Below are positions 42,701-48,946 of a DNA stretch of 62,397 nucleotides, in pieces. Positions within the stretch are counted from its first letter, which is position 1, and each line of letters begins with the position of its first letter. The stretch spans positions 1 to 62,397 of the IMG/VR virus record IMGVR_UViG_3300022752_000070. The stretch is one strand, 5' to 3'. The translations under genes were made by a program, and so were the position numbers. The DNA is from a virus. Its lineage: Duplodnaviria; Caudoviricetes. The notes under the pieces are model-generated. The model was not told the DNA's origin, did no database searches, and was given only the letters and a program-made list of their open reading frames with translations.

Positions 42701-42855
42701 GCAAGATCAACAGGACCACTTTGATATTCCTGAGATATATAATATTGCTTCAAAAATTCTGAAGCCTTTGGATTTTCATCCAAAATAAAACTTGGAAGTT
42801 GATTTTCAATAACTTGATAAACCTTAACTCTTGAATCAAATCCAGTTTGTATCAT
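30703..42855 (-). CDS. gp7: Giant baseplate wedge initiator gp7-like protein (4050 aa)
   Basis: FLKQYY, FYKAKGTDES, IIGWAYDGNPIYG, DNDYYQNLSY, LLHTVG; between gp6 and gp8. Confidence 0.85.
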   Translation of the reverse strand: MIQTGFDSRVKVYQVIENQLPSFILDENPKASEFLKQYYISQEYQSGPVDLAENLDQYLKLDNLTPEVVVDSTYLTSGIGTDNKITINVNSTKGFPKEYGLLRIDEEIITYTGITTNSFLNCQRGFSGITSYHEDLNQEELVFESTNVSSHEESTSVQNLSSLFLKEFYKKLKYSFTPGFENLDFVSGLNVGNFIKEARSFYKAKGTDESFKILFKILYGVDSTLVNLENFLLKPSSAEFIRRKIVLVERISGEPNRLVGQTIYKSIDGETDPNTNATVSEVEIITRNRKKYYKLSLFVGYDESPTIQGDFEITPSTKVLETVSIGSSVISVDSTIGFPESGNIVSGNNTISYTSRSINQFLGCSGIESEIKQSDVIRSNIIYYGYENGNIDKKVEFKLLGSLSDFIQISETITGVSEGDSIHIKGLGNPIGQTKFGDKTFKEVLVNSWIYNTNSRYHIDNFNGPKSLNLRSSIDKTSLKHGDEVEIVERGASNVVFTSYVSEEVDSNSKSIKLFGFSFAPEEGVSYDLRRKNNKSSSLNVPIEYGNDSILSDVSNLYTDNDYAYVASNSLPSSNRGLSIPYNYQITKELNSAYIDNNTGTLAGQIDDEYTIIGFPNDVPFLTGDRIYYQPENESLVGLETGSYYVEVLESNKKRIRLYSSPSFVGVGQSLTFKSPYISGLGTHTFTLYSQRSGEIGAQKILRKFPLTNNIVNGSDEKTLPGSVGLLVNGVEISNYKSLDKIYYGPLKSVTILNSGKNYDVINLPVISVASGLGSTALVQPVVSGSIEKVYVNNQDFDIQRIVSIGVSGGNGFGAVLEPVLKTRVREVFFDGRTTTNSGGINTTTGQLTFLTDHNFLDGEEVIYNSNGNLGIGVGVGNSTLVSDSPYYVRATSNRTVRLYQSFTDYSLGINTVGFNTDNTSGIHKFYTSSNKKTLSQIKVINGGQQYTNRKLIVSPSGISSQSHTINFANHGFNDGDLIKYNYQTSAISGISTDASNQFYVLKIDEDSFRICDAGINGSTRTNYDKKNYIKFSSIGSGYQYFSYPEISVFVEFTTSGVNTSQVLQITPRVKGKIIDAYLYETGTGYGSSILNFEKKPIITIKNGKDAKLVPNIINGTINSVKVEYGGKEYYSLPDLVVEDPTGLGNGAELVPTITDGKIVSVTVTNGGIGYSTTSKIKVVPAGSNALFDSKVRDLTVNDTKRFDNEVYTETLNNKLKYSVLGYFDTLQNAFSDDGTFHSKIIGWAYDGNPIYGAYGYSDPENTSSVKLLTSSYVLDTSYTDRPSSFESGFFVEDYSYNESGDLDKHNGRYCKTPEFPNGTYAYFSPINSINRKPQFPYFVGDSYRSNVLDDNFSLDQSFDFENSNVLRNTFPYKLVDPNVENDFVPSYLDLKNQKLLVESISKGNVNGFDIVNAGVDYKVNDLLEFQDLDQGSLSARVSSLQGKEIQTVITTTETYDNSIITWNNQNELKVTILPSHNFRDGDYVTLTGFSTAFTGIDGFYKIGITSEYSTVVRDIPQAASIGSTEIYVSQIPNSISVGSSIGIGTEILKVLNIFENKNILRVQRGLTGAGSSHDASSTISLIPDSFTISKNLDYFESKVNDKVYFNPKESVGVGTTVGTSNLVTFSLADLTISRDIPIKGIYLENHPFATNQKVLFTPPAGTLSVSTDGVNTYSIPISGSSQELYVVNKSINVIGLKTSFSAPELFFHTNGNDDDNYLLESSFSQYQGTVERFKTTVSVSTSHELSNGDSISLNIRPNLNVGIGTSTSVNVVWNNNYKKLLINPIRFTSSNIFGTEFYYTIPTRLATIDTAVGIAFTSKAISPTATRNAQQIYDYIWDNYSLFDMDGDGVVSGNDGLVVIRELFGGAFAGDKLIAGIIFPTNATRTTASSIRSYINSVTGGVGIGSTVYDVDGSGSVSALGDGLMLVRFSAFEGLAVPGVNDVPEIRGYIQINNHPFKTGDKILYLGNTTSTVGIPMDDGEYYIIKRNNNEIQVAETYKDAVSNPNNPVNIAGPGGSNQTISLINPEISVVKNNNLVFKLSDSSLNGYELKLFYDQNYNNEFVSTGSSSEFNLSGVGTVGVSTTATLSINYDENLPDKLYYNLSKDGEIISLDSDVVNYSQINFIDSSYNKNYNVSGVGSTTFSIYLENKPERVSYAKTDCQELTYSTNSETAKGPIDKIDIISTSSNYKNIPIFKKVISTDGRDANIISRSKNIGDINKLKLINEGFEYTSDPTLHPIAYISPKISLKDSNTIGIVTVTSGGSDYIIPPSIIIVNSLTGEKIDSGILEAVLSGTSISSVKIIQDPKGIPDTEVNLFAVNNTNGFSIQKVESSSSGIFTCFITRPTGGFSPDPFLTGDKVFIEGIQKQSVDGDGFNSEDYGYQLFNVDSFDDTSGVFAKVVVNVSGLTTNTGIAKTIQDFIPTIINQDTYPTFEISKTKASFIVGETIISDGIERDLKIVDYNDSSIKVFGTYELSKDETFKGRESGTIATVESIKENLGKFKINLSTDKNIGWADNIGMLNDSSQVIPDNDYYQNLSYTIKSPITYDEFKTPVNNLLHTVGTKNFGDTGITSTSSVGVNSENATTITKDIIDEQRVDTIYNFDLSKDIDTVNNYSKFLKLENKILTPYINNVSNNVLKIDDINRLFSNLESTSTNFLNFIDLTQQNNEYIGILIRVTSSDNTEIQFSDLVILNDGTNISLLEKGSLVNSGIGLTHSSMEKIGEFSIEENDFKEIFLRFTPNNPYNTDYDLKWIQSSFESNSIGIASTSIGFVKISNSVDRAAPGISTNIVSLDSTSFESLHASMQVINDNSKEINFVELYLTQDGSNTYISEYYIDNNDVDNYSSNFIGTFSANIISNILYLNYTNTLSDDDVTIKSSVVGFGTTSITGIGGTYRFKKSGPDGSERSVIYMSNYSTTTSAASTSILNLNTNLFNSVKSLVEVSAGSTKALHQILMIHDGVDVYTQQMQFLSVGSTSTSDSLIGLGTFGGTFENSGNNFVLKFYPDAGITQNIAISNLNKCFYQDVDDINIAPDLEYSTNNVIFGRESIKTNFYNAINGTRINRKDFPLTSNGLKIFAREFDPDDNTQINLTTGEFTSENHFFSDDEELIYTPKSTIVGVAATPMMYKSGSVISTLPSSVFVVNKQENTFQISTTRAGTAVTFVSSGSGNAHLFEMLKNNEKTIITIDDIIQHPISFTKVSHSLSAGIGSTSTIFQMSGISTVFPKDILKIDNEYMQVISVGFGTTSIGPITGVGTTSLVQVSRGFVGSSATSHISGSTAKVYRGSYNISNGHIHFTESPKGNPQLERDSSNLKFQTSEFTGRVFLRNNYDTNVVYDNISNQFNGIGRTFTLTVGGANTVGLGTTGGNGILLINGLFQSPTSKNNPSNNFSIIETTSPSGITSIVFSSIRPNLDIISEYDINQNEIPRGGIIVSLGSSIGLGYAPLVGASVTAVVGAGGSIVSVGLGTTDIHGSGYSGIVSVTVYDPTQNVGGTPANITASVGAGGTLSFSVGVGGTGYNNPKIFVSDPSYENLEVIGVSRVGLGATTDTGVGLLLNVEVGASSTTGIGSTYFEVTGFNITRQGYSFRKGDVFKPVGLVTDRRLAQPLSELTLTVLETFSDSFALWQFGELDYIDSIKNYQDGSRQVFPLFYNEELLSFEKDENSNVELQNLLLIFINGVLQEPGVSYTFDGGTSFVFTEAPKPEDNISVFFYRGTIGDDSLLKTDIYPTIKSGDIVRVYKNNKYPTTITQDSRTVFNLSYSDKFETNLYSGSGIDENFEKPISWTKQKRDQKINGEFVYKSRDSIEAQVYPTSRLIAGIGTTSTELFVDDAQFFNYDNEIVFEPFDLLIVGSSSTVGISTTESLPIETVRGVSEVAGFSGIVTGITTSAGIGTSLALRFYINNLDANNLAGLTTGYPIYIYDTRVGSGVTSIDNSNISLVGIGTTYLDNIYRIHSWSKVVGADNIGIITCNVLSTSNVIGLTTSGSTLNPIGKFSWGKLSGFTRSNSPISIGVSGKTVDVGLTTFATVQRRGIGLKLKYETGALPKQV

Positions 42856-42856
42856 A

Positions 42857-44785
42857 TTACTTTCTTATTAGATTTCCGTTTAAGTAACTAGACGTATAGT
42901 AATTTTTGGAGAATTCTGTGCCAGATATTTCTTCTCCAGAAGATATCACATCTCTTACCATATTTATTTCACTTTTATCAAGACTAAGGCTAAGATATAA
43001 TTCTTTTAATCCAATAACATCGTTTGACTCTGGAACAGCCTGTATTTGTATAATATTATTTGGTAGTGACGTTGAAAGAATATTTATTGTTCCTAAATTT
43101 ATCTCACCTTTCTCATAATCCACAGTTCCAACAGACTTTACAACAACTCTAGTTTCAGTAGATGAAATTGGTTTTACAATTGATAAAACTCCTGTTTTCC
43201 CATCAGAGTTTGGTTTATCAGTTATATAAACAGTATCTGGATCTCCAAGAACAATAAAACCAGTAGATTTTATGTTGTATCCTTCACTATTAATGTGGAA
43301 TCTATTGCCAAAACATAATTCGTATTGTGCAGGTTGATTAATAAGAGCTTTTAAATCTCTTCTAATTTTTACTTTTGTAATATTTGATGTTATGGCAGTG
43401 TCAGTATTATCGATAAGTTGCAGAACTTTACTATATTTAAATCTTCCACCAAACTTATTTAAGTCTATGGAGTTTGCATATTTTGTAAGTGAATTAACAA
43501 CTTTTGTTTTTAGTGCATTTGCAGATGAAGTTTTTGAATAATCATAGTAAATCGAAGAATCAAGTTCAACATATAAAATTTTAAGATCAACAATTTTTTG
43601 ATTTATTCCTGAAATAGTATATTTTTTTAATTCGTTTAGTATTCTTCCTTTGTTAAAGTCAGACACAAAATTACCATTTTTTGGCTTAATGCTGATTTGA
43701 ACCGTACCATACTCTGGAGGATCTAACTCCTCACCACCAACTACAGATACAGATTCTGTGTCTGAATATATTCTTTTAATAAGAGTTTCATAATCGTTAG
43801 CAGTTACGGCACGATGTTGTGCTGAATATACTCTTGGAGCAAAGTACTTTATGGAATTGATTTGTTCAATATCGTCACCATTTTGTGATGATTGATTTGT
43901 GGTGACTGATACTGGACTACTCAATACTAGAATGCTTCCATTTGATTTCTCTAGTGTGCCGGAAAATAAGAATCTAGATGCTCCATTACCATCCTTACCA
44001 TCTGTTATGATATAACTGGCAGTTATGACTGTTCCATCTAGACCAGACCCATTTCCTAATTTCTTTCCAATATATCCATCACCAAAAAGTATTTCATATT
44101 TTTCATCTTGAACTTCTTGAATAAGATAAATTCTTGATGATGAATCTAAGTTTAAAATATCTTCTACTTGATAATATTCATATCCCAGTCCTTCATCCGA
44201 TGTTCTTTTGACATAAACACGAATTGTAGAAGTATCGATAAAGGAATTATTTAAAATAAACCTTTGATCTAGAGAACCATCAAAATTAAATCTATTTGTT
44301 AAAAATGTTCCTTGATAGATTTCTATATTATCAAAGGATGCGGTTCCAGATTCATTTACATTGACAGTAATGTCTTCTGGTATGGAAAAGATGTATGATG
44401 AATTTTCAATGTCTCCAGTACAAACTAAACCTGCCTTTAAAGTTAATGTTTGAGTTGTTAGTGAACCTGATTCGTCTGTGAGTCCAGTAATCTGAAAAGA
44501 TACCAGAGCTTTCGCTGCTGCTCTTGATCTTGGTACATATCCAATATTTCTTGCAAGTGAAACTACGTTTTCACGAAGAGTTGCCGAGTCTAAAAAAGAC
44601 TCATTCACAATCATGTTTGAATTGAACGCAGTGATATATGTGTTATATGCTAACGTATCAATTAAAACAGAAAAGTTAGATCCTTCAAAATCAAAGTCCG
44701 TGAAATTTGAATTTTCACGAAGATAGTCTTTGATTGAAGACTTTATCTGATCAAAATCTAGATTGGTAAACTTAGTAAAAGGCAT
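42857..44785 (-). CDS. gp6: Baseplate wedge protein gp6
   Basis: LDFDQIK, DFDFEGSN, ESFLDSATLRENVVSLAR, FGDG, QHRAVTANDY. Confidence 0.96.
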   Translation of the reverse strand: MPFTKFTNLDFDQIKSSIKDYLRENSNFTDFDFEGSNFSVLIDTLAYNTYITAFNSNMIVNESFLDSATLRENVVSLARNIGYVPRSRAAAKALVSFQITGLTDESGSLTTQTLTLKAGLVCTGDIENSSYIFSIPEDITVNVNESGTASFDNIEIYQGTFLTNRFNFDGSLDQRFILNNSFIDTSTIRVYVKRTSDEGLGYEYYQVEDILNLDSSSRIYLIQEVQDEKYEILFGDGYIGKKLGNGSGLDGTVITASYIITDGKDGNGASRFLFSGTLEKSNGSILVLSSPVSVTTNQSSQNGDDIEQINSIKYFAPRVYSAQHRAVTANDYETLIKRIYSDTESVSVVGGEELDPPEYGTVQISIKPKNGNFVSDFNKGRILNELKKYTISGINQKIVDLKILYVELDSSIYYDYSKTSSANALKTKVVNSLTKYANSIDLNKFGGRFKYSKVLQLIDNTDTAITSNITKVKIRRDLKALINQPAQYELCFGNRFHINSEGYNIKSTGFIVLGDPDTVYITDKPNSDGKTGVLSIVKPISSTETRVVVKSVGTVDYEKGEINLGTINILSTSLPNNIIQIQAVPESNDVIGLKELYLSLSLDKSEINMVRDVISSGEEISGTEFSKNYYTSSYLNGNLIRK

Positions 44786-44786
44786 T

Positions 44787-45188
44787 TTATCTTGTTGCCT
44801 CTAAGAGAAATGTATATTCTTGTGTCGGAAACTCTTGACCAATGACATCAAAGATCACGGTAACATCAAACGAATTACTATCAGGATTTGGTTCAACCTC
44901 AACTCTCAAATTTTCAATTCTGGGTTCAAAGTTAGTTACTGCAATTTCAATTTGATTTTGAATGATGGATGCAGTACCAAAATCAACAAATTCAAATAAA
45001 CTGGATCTAACATCAGATCCAAATATTGAATTGAAAAATTTTTCGGTTGGAATGGTTTCAACAATATTTCTTACAGATCTACGAATCGCAGTTTCATTCT
45101 TTAAAATCTGTAAGTCTCTTGTGACAGGATGAGGCTCAAAGGATAAACTAATATCCTTAAAAGATCTAGATATCCTCTGTGTTGCCAT
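44787..45188 (-). CDS. gp25: Baseplate wedge subunit gp25
   Basis: FKDISLSF, AIRRSVRNIV, FEPRI. Confidence 0.93.
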   Translation of the reverse strand: MATQRISRSFKDISLSFEPHPVTRDLQILKNETAIRRSVRNIVETIPTEKFFNSIFGSDVRSSLFEFVDFGTASIIQNQIEIAVTNFEPRIENLRVEVEPNPDSNSFDVTVIFDVIGQEFPTQEYTFLLEATR

Positions 45189-45211
45189 TGAGTCAAGAGT
45201 TTTCTTTGCTT

Positions 45212-45219
45212 TATTTATA
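45212..45219 (-). promoter_or_regulatory. Late promoter TATAAATA (gp25-gp6-gp7 operon)
   Basis: Exact motif 24 nt upstream of gp25. Confidence 0.78.
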
Positions 45220-45220
45220 T

Positions 45221-45463
45221 TCAGTGCCAGGGAGATCCATAGGTTGGTTCAGTCCCGTACTCCCAATCATCATAATCTTCATCATTACGAATCTTTTCAT
45301 GCAGTTCAACTTGTTTTTTAAGGTCATGTCGTGGTGCAGGATCGTGCATGACTTCTTGAATCACTCTTTTTTGCTGTGGGTGCTCATAATCCGTAACTAA
45401 TCCTTTGGTTCCCCACATTTGATACATGTAATTTGAGTCTCTATCGACTGGTAAATTAGACAT
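45221..45463 (-). CDS. Hypothetical protein
   Basis: 80-aa ORF with AGGAG RBS. Confidence 0.75.
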   Translation of the reverse strand: MSNLPVDRDSNYMYQMWGTKGLVTDYEHPQQKRVIQEVMHDPAPRHDLKKQVELHEKIRNDEDYDDWEYGTEPTYGSPWH

Positions 45464-45525
45464 TTTAGCTCCTGTTTTAATGAATAAAACAGAACTTTTA
45501 TAAAGGAGGTTGCTATCTCCTTATT
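45464..45525 (-). promoter_or_regulatory. Tandem hairpin 5' leader; second stem covers the RBS
   Basis: AAGGAG-atagcaac-CTCCTT, then TTCTGTTTTA-ttcat-TAAAACAGGA(G) immediately before ATG 45463. Confidence 0.5.
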
Positions 45526-45530
45526 TCTAT

Positions 45531-45872
45531 TTAACGATCGACTTCACGCAGAGAATAATTGTCGGAATTGAGATATTTCAGCATTTCTAGAGCAATCAAT
45601 TTGGGATTTCCTTCACCACAAGTATAAACATCCACTGCCAGACACCTATTTTCTGGCCAAGTATGACAAGAAACATGACTTTCAGAGAGTGCAATGACCA
45701 CCGTACACCCCTGTGGAAGAAAACAATGGGAAAAAGTGTTCAAGATTGTCATTTTTGCACGATTAATACCTCTAATCATGACGTTCTGTAGAGATTCTAC
45801 GTCATTAATGAGATTAAAATTGACATCATACACCTCTAGGAGCAGGTGTTTACCCATTGAAAACTGTTCCAA
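45531..45872 (-). CDS. speD: S-adenosylmethionine decarboxylase proenzyme (pyruvoyl-dependent)
   Basis: GKHLLLE, LSESHVSCHTWPE self-cleavage motif, AVDVYTCG; alternative start ATG 45857. Confidence 0.9.
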   Translation of the reverse strand: MEQFSMGKHLLLEVYDVNFNLINDVESLQNVMIRGINRAKMTILNTFSHCFLPQGCTVVIALSESHVSCHTWPENRCLAVDVYTCGEGNPKLIALEMLKYLNSDNYSLREVDR

Positions 45873-45896
45873 CTCAAATTTTTAGTAAAAATTTAT

Positions 45897-46496
45897 TTAT
45901 TTGACCCAAAAACCTTTGCGTTCATAACTTTCATCTTCAATAAAACGATATTCTTCACTTTTTTCTCCCATTTCTTCATCCCAAACTGGTATTGCGACGG
46001 AATTTTCATATCTAAAATTTGGATTTCTACGGAATTGCACTTCTATTAAGCGTCCACCAATAAATTCGCAGTTAATACATTCATAATTACCCTTCAATTT
46101 TTTTAAAACTTCTGGAAAATCTACTTTTCTTTCAACTTTTTCCCACTTTTTCCATTTATAAATTGGATCACTCTCATTTTTTGTTCCTAAAATAACCAGA
46201 TCCTGTTGATGATGGTGGAAATCAACACTTAAGTGCTCTCCTTCAAAGATTTCACACCAGAATTCTGAAGGGTGCATCGTATCTGTTCTCTTTTCAATCC
46301 ATTCTTTACGAGCAAAACGGATCATACCAAACAAATTAAAGGAAGGACGAACAATATAAAAGTCGGGTTTGGGAACCGTAGTCCCTGCGGGACCACAAGT
46401 ATACCCTAAAACCCGACCTAGAAATAACTTATTATAGACCCAAAGGTCGTCAGAATGTATATGATTCCATTCATCATCACATTCTAGTAAGTACAT
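45897..46496 (-). CDS. Hypothetical protein, ATP-grasp-like
   Basis: 199 aa; EIFEGEHLSVDF and INCEFIGGRLIEVQFR resemble ATP-grasp core motifs. Confidence 0.6.
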   Translation of the reverse strand: MYLLECDDEWNHIHSDDLWVYNKLFLGRVLGYTCGPAGTTVPKPDFYIVRPSFNLFGMIRFARKEWIEKRTDTMHPSEFWCEIFEGEHLSVDFHHHQQDLVILGTKNESDPIYKWKKWEKVERKVDFPEVLKKLKGNYECINCEFIGGRLIEVQFRRNPNFRYENSVAIPVWDEEMGEKSEEYRFIEDESYERKGFWVK

Positions 46497-46645
46497 TATC
46501 CTTTACCTTGACCCCTATACTTTTTACGTGCTCCATTACGAGACGAAGCGGCATACTTAGTACCCCCTCCATTACCTTGACGAGATTTCTTAGGGGGACC
46601 TGGAATATAAGAGCTCTTATTCAGTCCTACTTTTGCCTTTGCCAT
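46496..46645 (-). CDS. Very basic Gly/Lys/Arg-rich peptide (49 aa; absent from ORF track)
   Basis: MAKAKVGLNKSSYIPGPPKKSRQGNGGGTKYAASSRNGARKKYRGQGKG; GGAG RBS; stop overlaps the next ATG. Confidence 0.75.
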   Translation of the reverse strand: MAKAKVGLNKSSYIPGPPKKSRQGNGGGTKYAASSRNGARKKYRGQGKG

Positions 46646-46812
46646 AGTTTATTCTCCACTAGAATTTCAGTTTCAAGATCTTCAGGTCGAGGAGAACCTG
46701 TCTGATAAAATTCAATTGACAGATCCTCCATGACATCGAAATATTCTTCCTCTGTAAGATTCGAATATATTCTTCTTCCCTTACAAAGTATATTGTAAGA
46801 TTCGTTAGTCAT
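46627..46812 (-). CDS. Small acidic hypothetical protein (61 aa)
   Basis: MTNESYNILCKG...; start at 46812 avoids overlap with the upstream gene. Confidence 0.75.
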   Translation of the reverse strand: MTNESYNILCKGRRIYSNLTEEEYFDVMEDLSIEFYQTGSPRPEDLETEILVENKLWQRQK

Positions 46813-46813
46813 A

Positions 46814-47572
46814 TCAAATAATTCTTGTCTTTTCGTGACCAACTCTGATACGAGGGTCGCACCAGATTTCAAAACCTGCTTCCTTTGCATCCAAACAGAA
46901 CGATACATCTTCTCCACACATGTCCTGAACCTCACCAGATTCGAAGACTTGCATTTTTGGTGCAAACCAGGGATACTTCATTTCAGGGTGTTCAAAGACT
47001 CCATTCTTAATCAGAAGCCATCCGAAACCAGTATAATCCACTGTGAATGGTTTACGACGTTTCGAAATACTTTCAATGGTTTCATGATTCATGACACCAC
47101 CATTATTTCTGAAATCATCCTCTTCCAACCAGTGTGCAACGGATGTTGTATGTCCATCTTCGGTGCAGTACCAACCTGCGGCAATATCTTTTTCCATCAG
47201 AACCAATTGCCAGAATTTTTCTGTGTTAAAAATAATATCAGAATCAATCCAGAGTTGCCAATCGTAGTTCAGTTTGCCGTCCCAGGGAATCTGATCAGGT
47301 CCACGCAGAACATTCGCACCTAGACATTTGCATCTTGCAAAATTCACCATCGATGAATAGTCCTGCGAGATTTGAATGCTTGCTCCCGATTGTACAAGAT
47401 CAAAACAAAGTTGTACAAAGTTTTTCAGGTAAGCATAAGAAACACCTCTGCCAGGTAGACAGAATACGATTGATTTGCCTCTTACAAGTTCTTTTGCTCT
47501 TTTATAATCCCATTCTTCTGTTAAAGATGATGGGGTTGGGCTTTTTGCTTTTACGGTAAATCCTTTAGCCAT
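46814..47572 (-). CDS. Glycosyltransferase-like protein (GT-A fold)
   Basis: LWIDSD (DxD), VDYTGFGWLLI, GEDVSFC, RVGHEK. Confidence 0.75.
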   Translation of the reverse strand: MAKGFTVKAKSPTPSSLTEEWDYKRAKELVRGKSIVFCLPGRGVSYAYLKNFVQLCFDLVQSGASIQISQDYSSMVNFARCKCLGANVLRGPDQIPWDGKLNYDWQLWIDSDIIFNTEKFWQLVLMEKDIAAGWYCTEDGHTTSVAHWLEEDDFRNNGGVMNHETIESISKRRKPFTVDYTGFGWLLIKNGVFEHPEMKYPWFAPKMQVFESGEVQDMCGEDVSFCLDAKEAGFEIWCDPRIRVGHEKTRII

Positions 47573-47594
47573 AATTGAATGTAATTACTTCAGT

Positions 47595-47623
47595 ATCATA
47601 CAGTATTATCTATGCGTTGTCAA
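47595..47623 (-). promoter_or_regulatory. Sigma70 promoter TTGACA-N17-TATGAT
   Basis: Near-consensus elements 23 nt upstream of the glycosyltransferase ATG. Confidence 0.7.
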
Positions 47624-47793
47624 TCTTCCTTTTCTGAGAGAACAATTTCTTTCCCAGACAATTCAAGTCTAATTTCGGTATCTTCATACCATGAGAGATC
47701 GTTCACAAAGTGCTCGGGAATCACCAGGTAATACTCACCCGTAATTGAATCGACTTGTAGGGGCTCAAAAATTTCTCCGGAATTTTTTTTCAT
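47620..47793 (-). CDS. AbrB/MazE-like small DNA-binding protein (57 aa)
   Basis: GEYYLVIPEHFVNDLSWYEDTEIRLELSGKEIVL fits the swapped-hairpin pattern; start at ATG 47793. Confidence 0.6.
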   Translation of the reverse strand: MKKNSGEIFEPLQVDSITGEYYLVIPEHFVNDLSWYEDTEIRLELSGKEIVLSEKED

Positions 47794-47848
47794 TTCTACT
47801 AAACTTATTTTATTTTTTATATAGTAAAAAATTTTTATGAGTAATAAA

Positions 47849-48763
47849 TTAATATTTCTTTTTTTTCTGATAAATCCATTTACCATTTTGTTTTTTCCAT
47901 GTAGTGCCATCAGCACGAGTTCTAATGCTCCCTTCTGGTAATGATTGTCTAGGTTGACTGTCTTTCTTACTCTTACTCTTTCTCTTTTTCTGATAAATCC
48001 ATTTACCATTTTGTTTTATGAAAGTTCCTGGTTTTCCATTTACTTTTCTTGTTGTAACCGTTCCATCGGGTAATGTATTCCAAGAACTTCCTTTTAATCC
48101 TTTATTCCAAACAGGTTTATCAGTTGGAATTAAAACCCACTCACCATCTTTCTTGATATACTTTGTTGGGTTTTGAGAATTACCATATCTTTTATGTTCT
48201 TTAACAGTACCTTCTGGTAATCCAATCATTTTCATGTTTTCTTTATGTGTTCCCCATTTTAAATTCGTGTAATGATTATTCCTATTATTCTCATCCATAT
48301 GCAATATCTCTCTATGTCCCTCTAGATTGGGGACAAATGCTTCTGCAACTAATTGATGAATACTTTTCTTGATTTGTTTTAGAAACTTTCCATTTTCATC
48401 CCGTATTGAAATGTTAATACATTCATATTGATACTCTGGACGACCTGGATGACCTCTTAAGGCTGGTTTTAGGTATATTAATCCATATTCATTAATCTTA
48501 CCGTACTGCTCATTTCTATCATATTTGCCAGGTTCACGGTAAGCTTTGCCATCATCACTAATATAATAACCAGAAAATTCAGTCTCTCTCATCCCCTTCG
48601 GTATTCTTACTGGAGGATAATTGTACTCTACTCTAGATCTCTCTTTTATTTTCTTTGGTTTTTTTGGTTTCTTAACATATACCCATCTTCCATTTTCTTT
48701 AATATACTTCGTACCTTGTGTCGTAATTTTTATCGTTCCTTCTGGAAAAATCTCTCTGGTCAT
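47849..48763 (-). mobile_element. Free-standing HNH homing endonuclease with four repeated accessory modules
   Basis: YYISDDG (NUMOD4-like), SIHQLVAEAF, HMDENNRNNHYTNLKWGTHKEN; start at ATG 48763 preferred. Confidence 0.85.
47862..48017. repeat. Exact 33-bp direct repeat inside the HNH gene (47862-47894 and 47985-48017)
   Basis: TTTTTCTGATAAATCCATTTACCATTTTGTTTT twice, encoding KQNGKWIYQKK. Confidence 0.9.
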
Positions 48764-48891
48764 AATTTTTACATCCGGAATTTTTTGGTTTTCAAAGTTT
48801 TTATGATTACATTTTAGCATACAATTTAGCTGCCTTTCGTAACACTTTATAGCCTTAAGGGACCCATTGATTTTAAACAACACGGGGGCAA

Positions 48892-48905
48892 CCCCCCGAA
48901 GGGGG
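48892..48905 (-). terminator. GC hairpin (CCCCC-TTCG-GGGGG) at the end of the early-gene run
   Basis: cUUCGg tetraloop hairpin downstream of 48947-49144; weak U-tract. Confidence 0.45.
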
Positions 48906-48946
48906 CGCATATAAAACAACTGTCAAATCACGAACGAATGATATAC

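Noticed and set aside
47794-48009. N-terminal extension of ORF 47620-48009
   Set aside because: Overlaps the HNH gene out of frame; the plausible protein starts at ATG 47793
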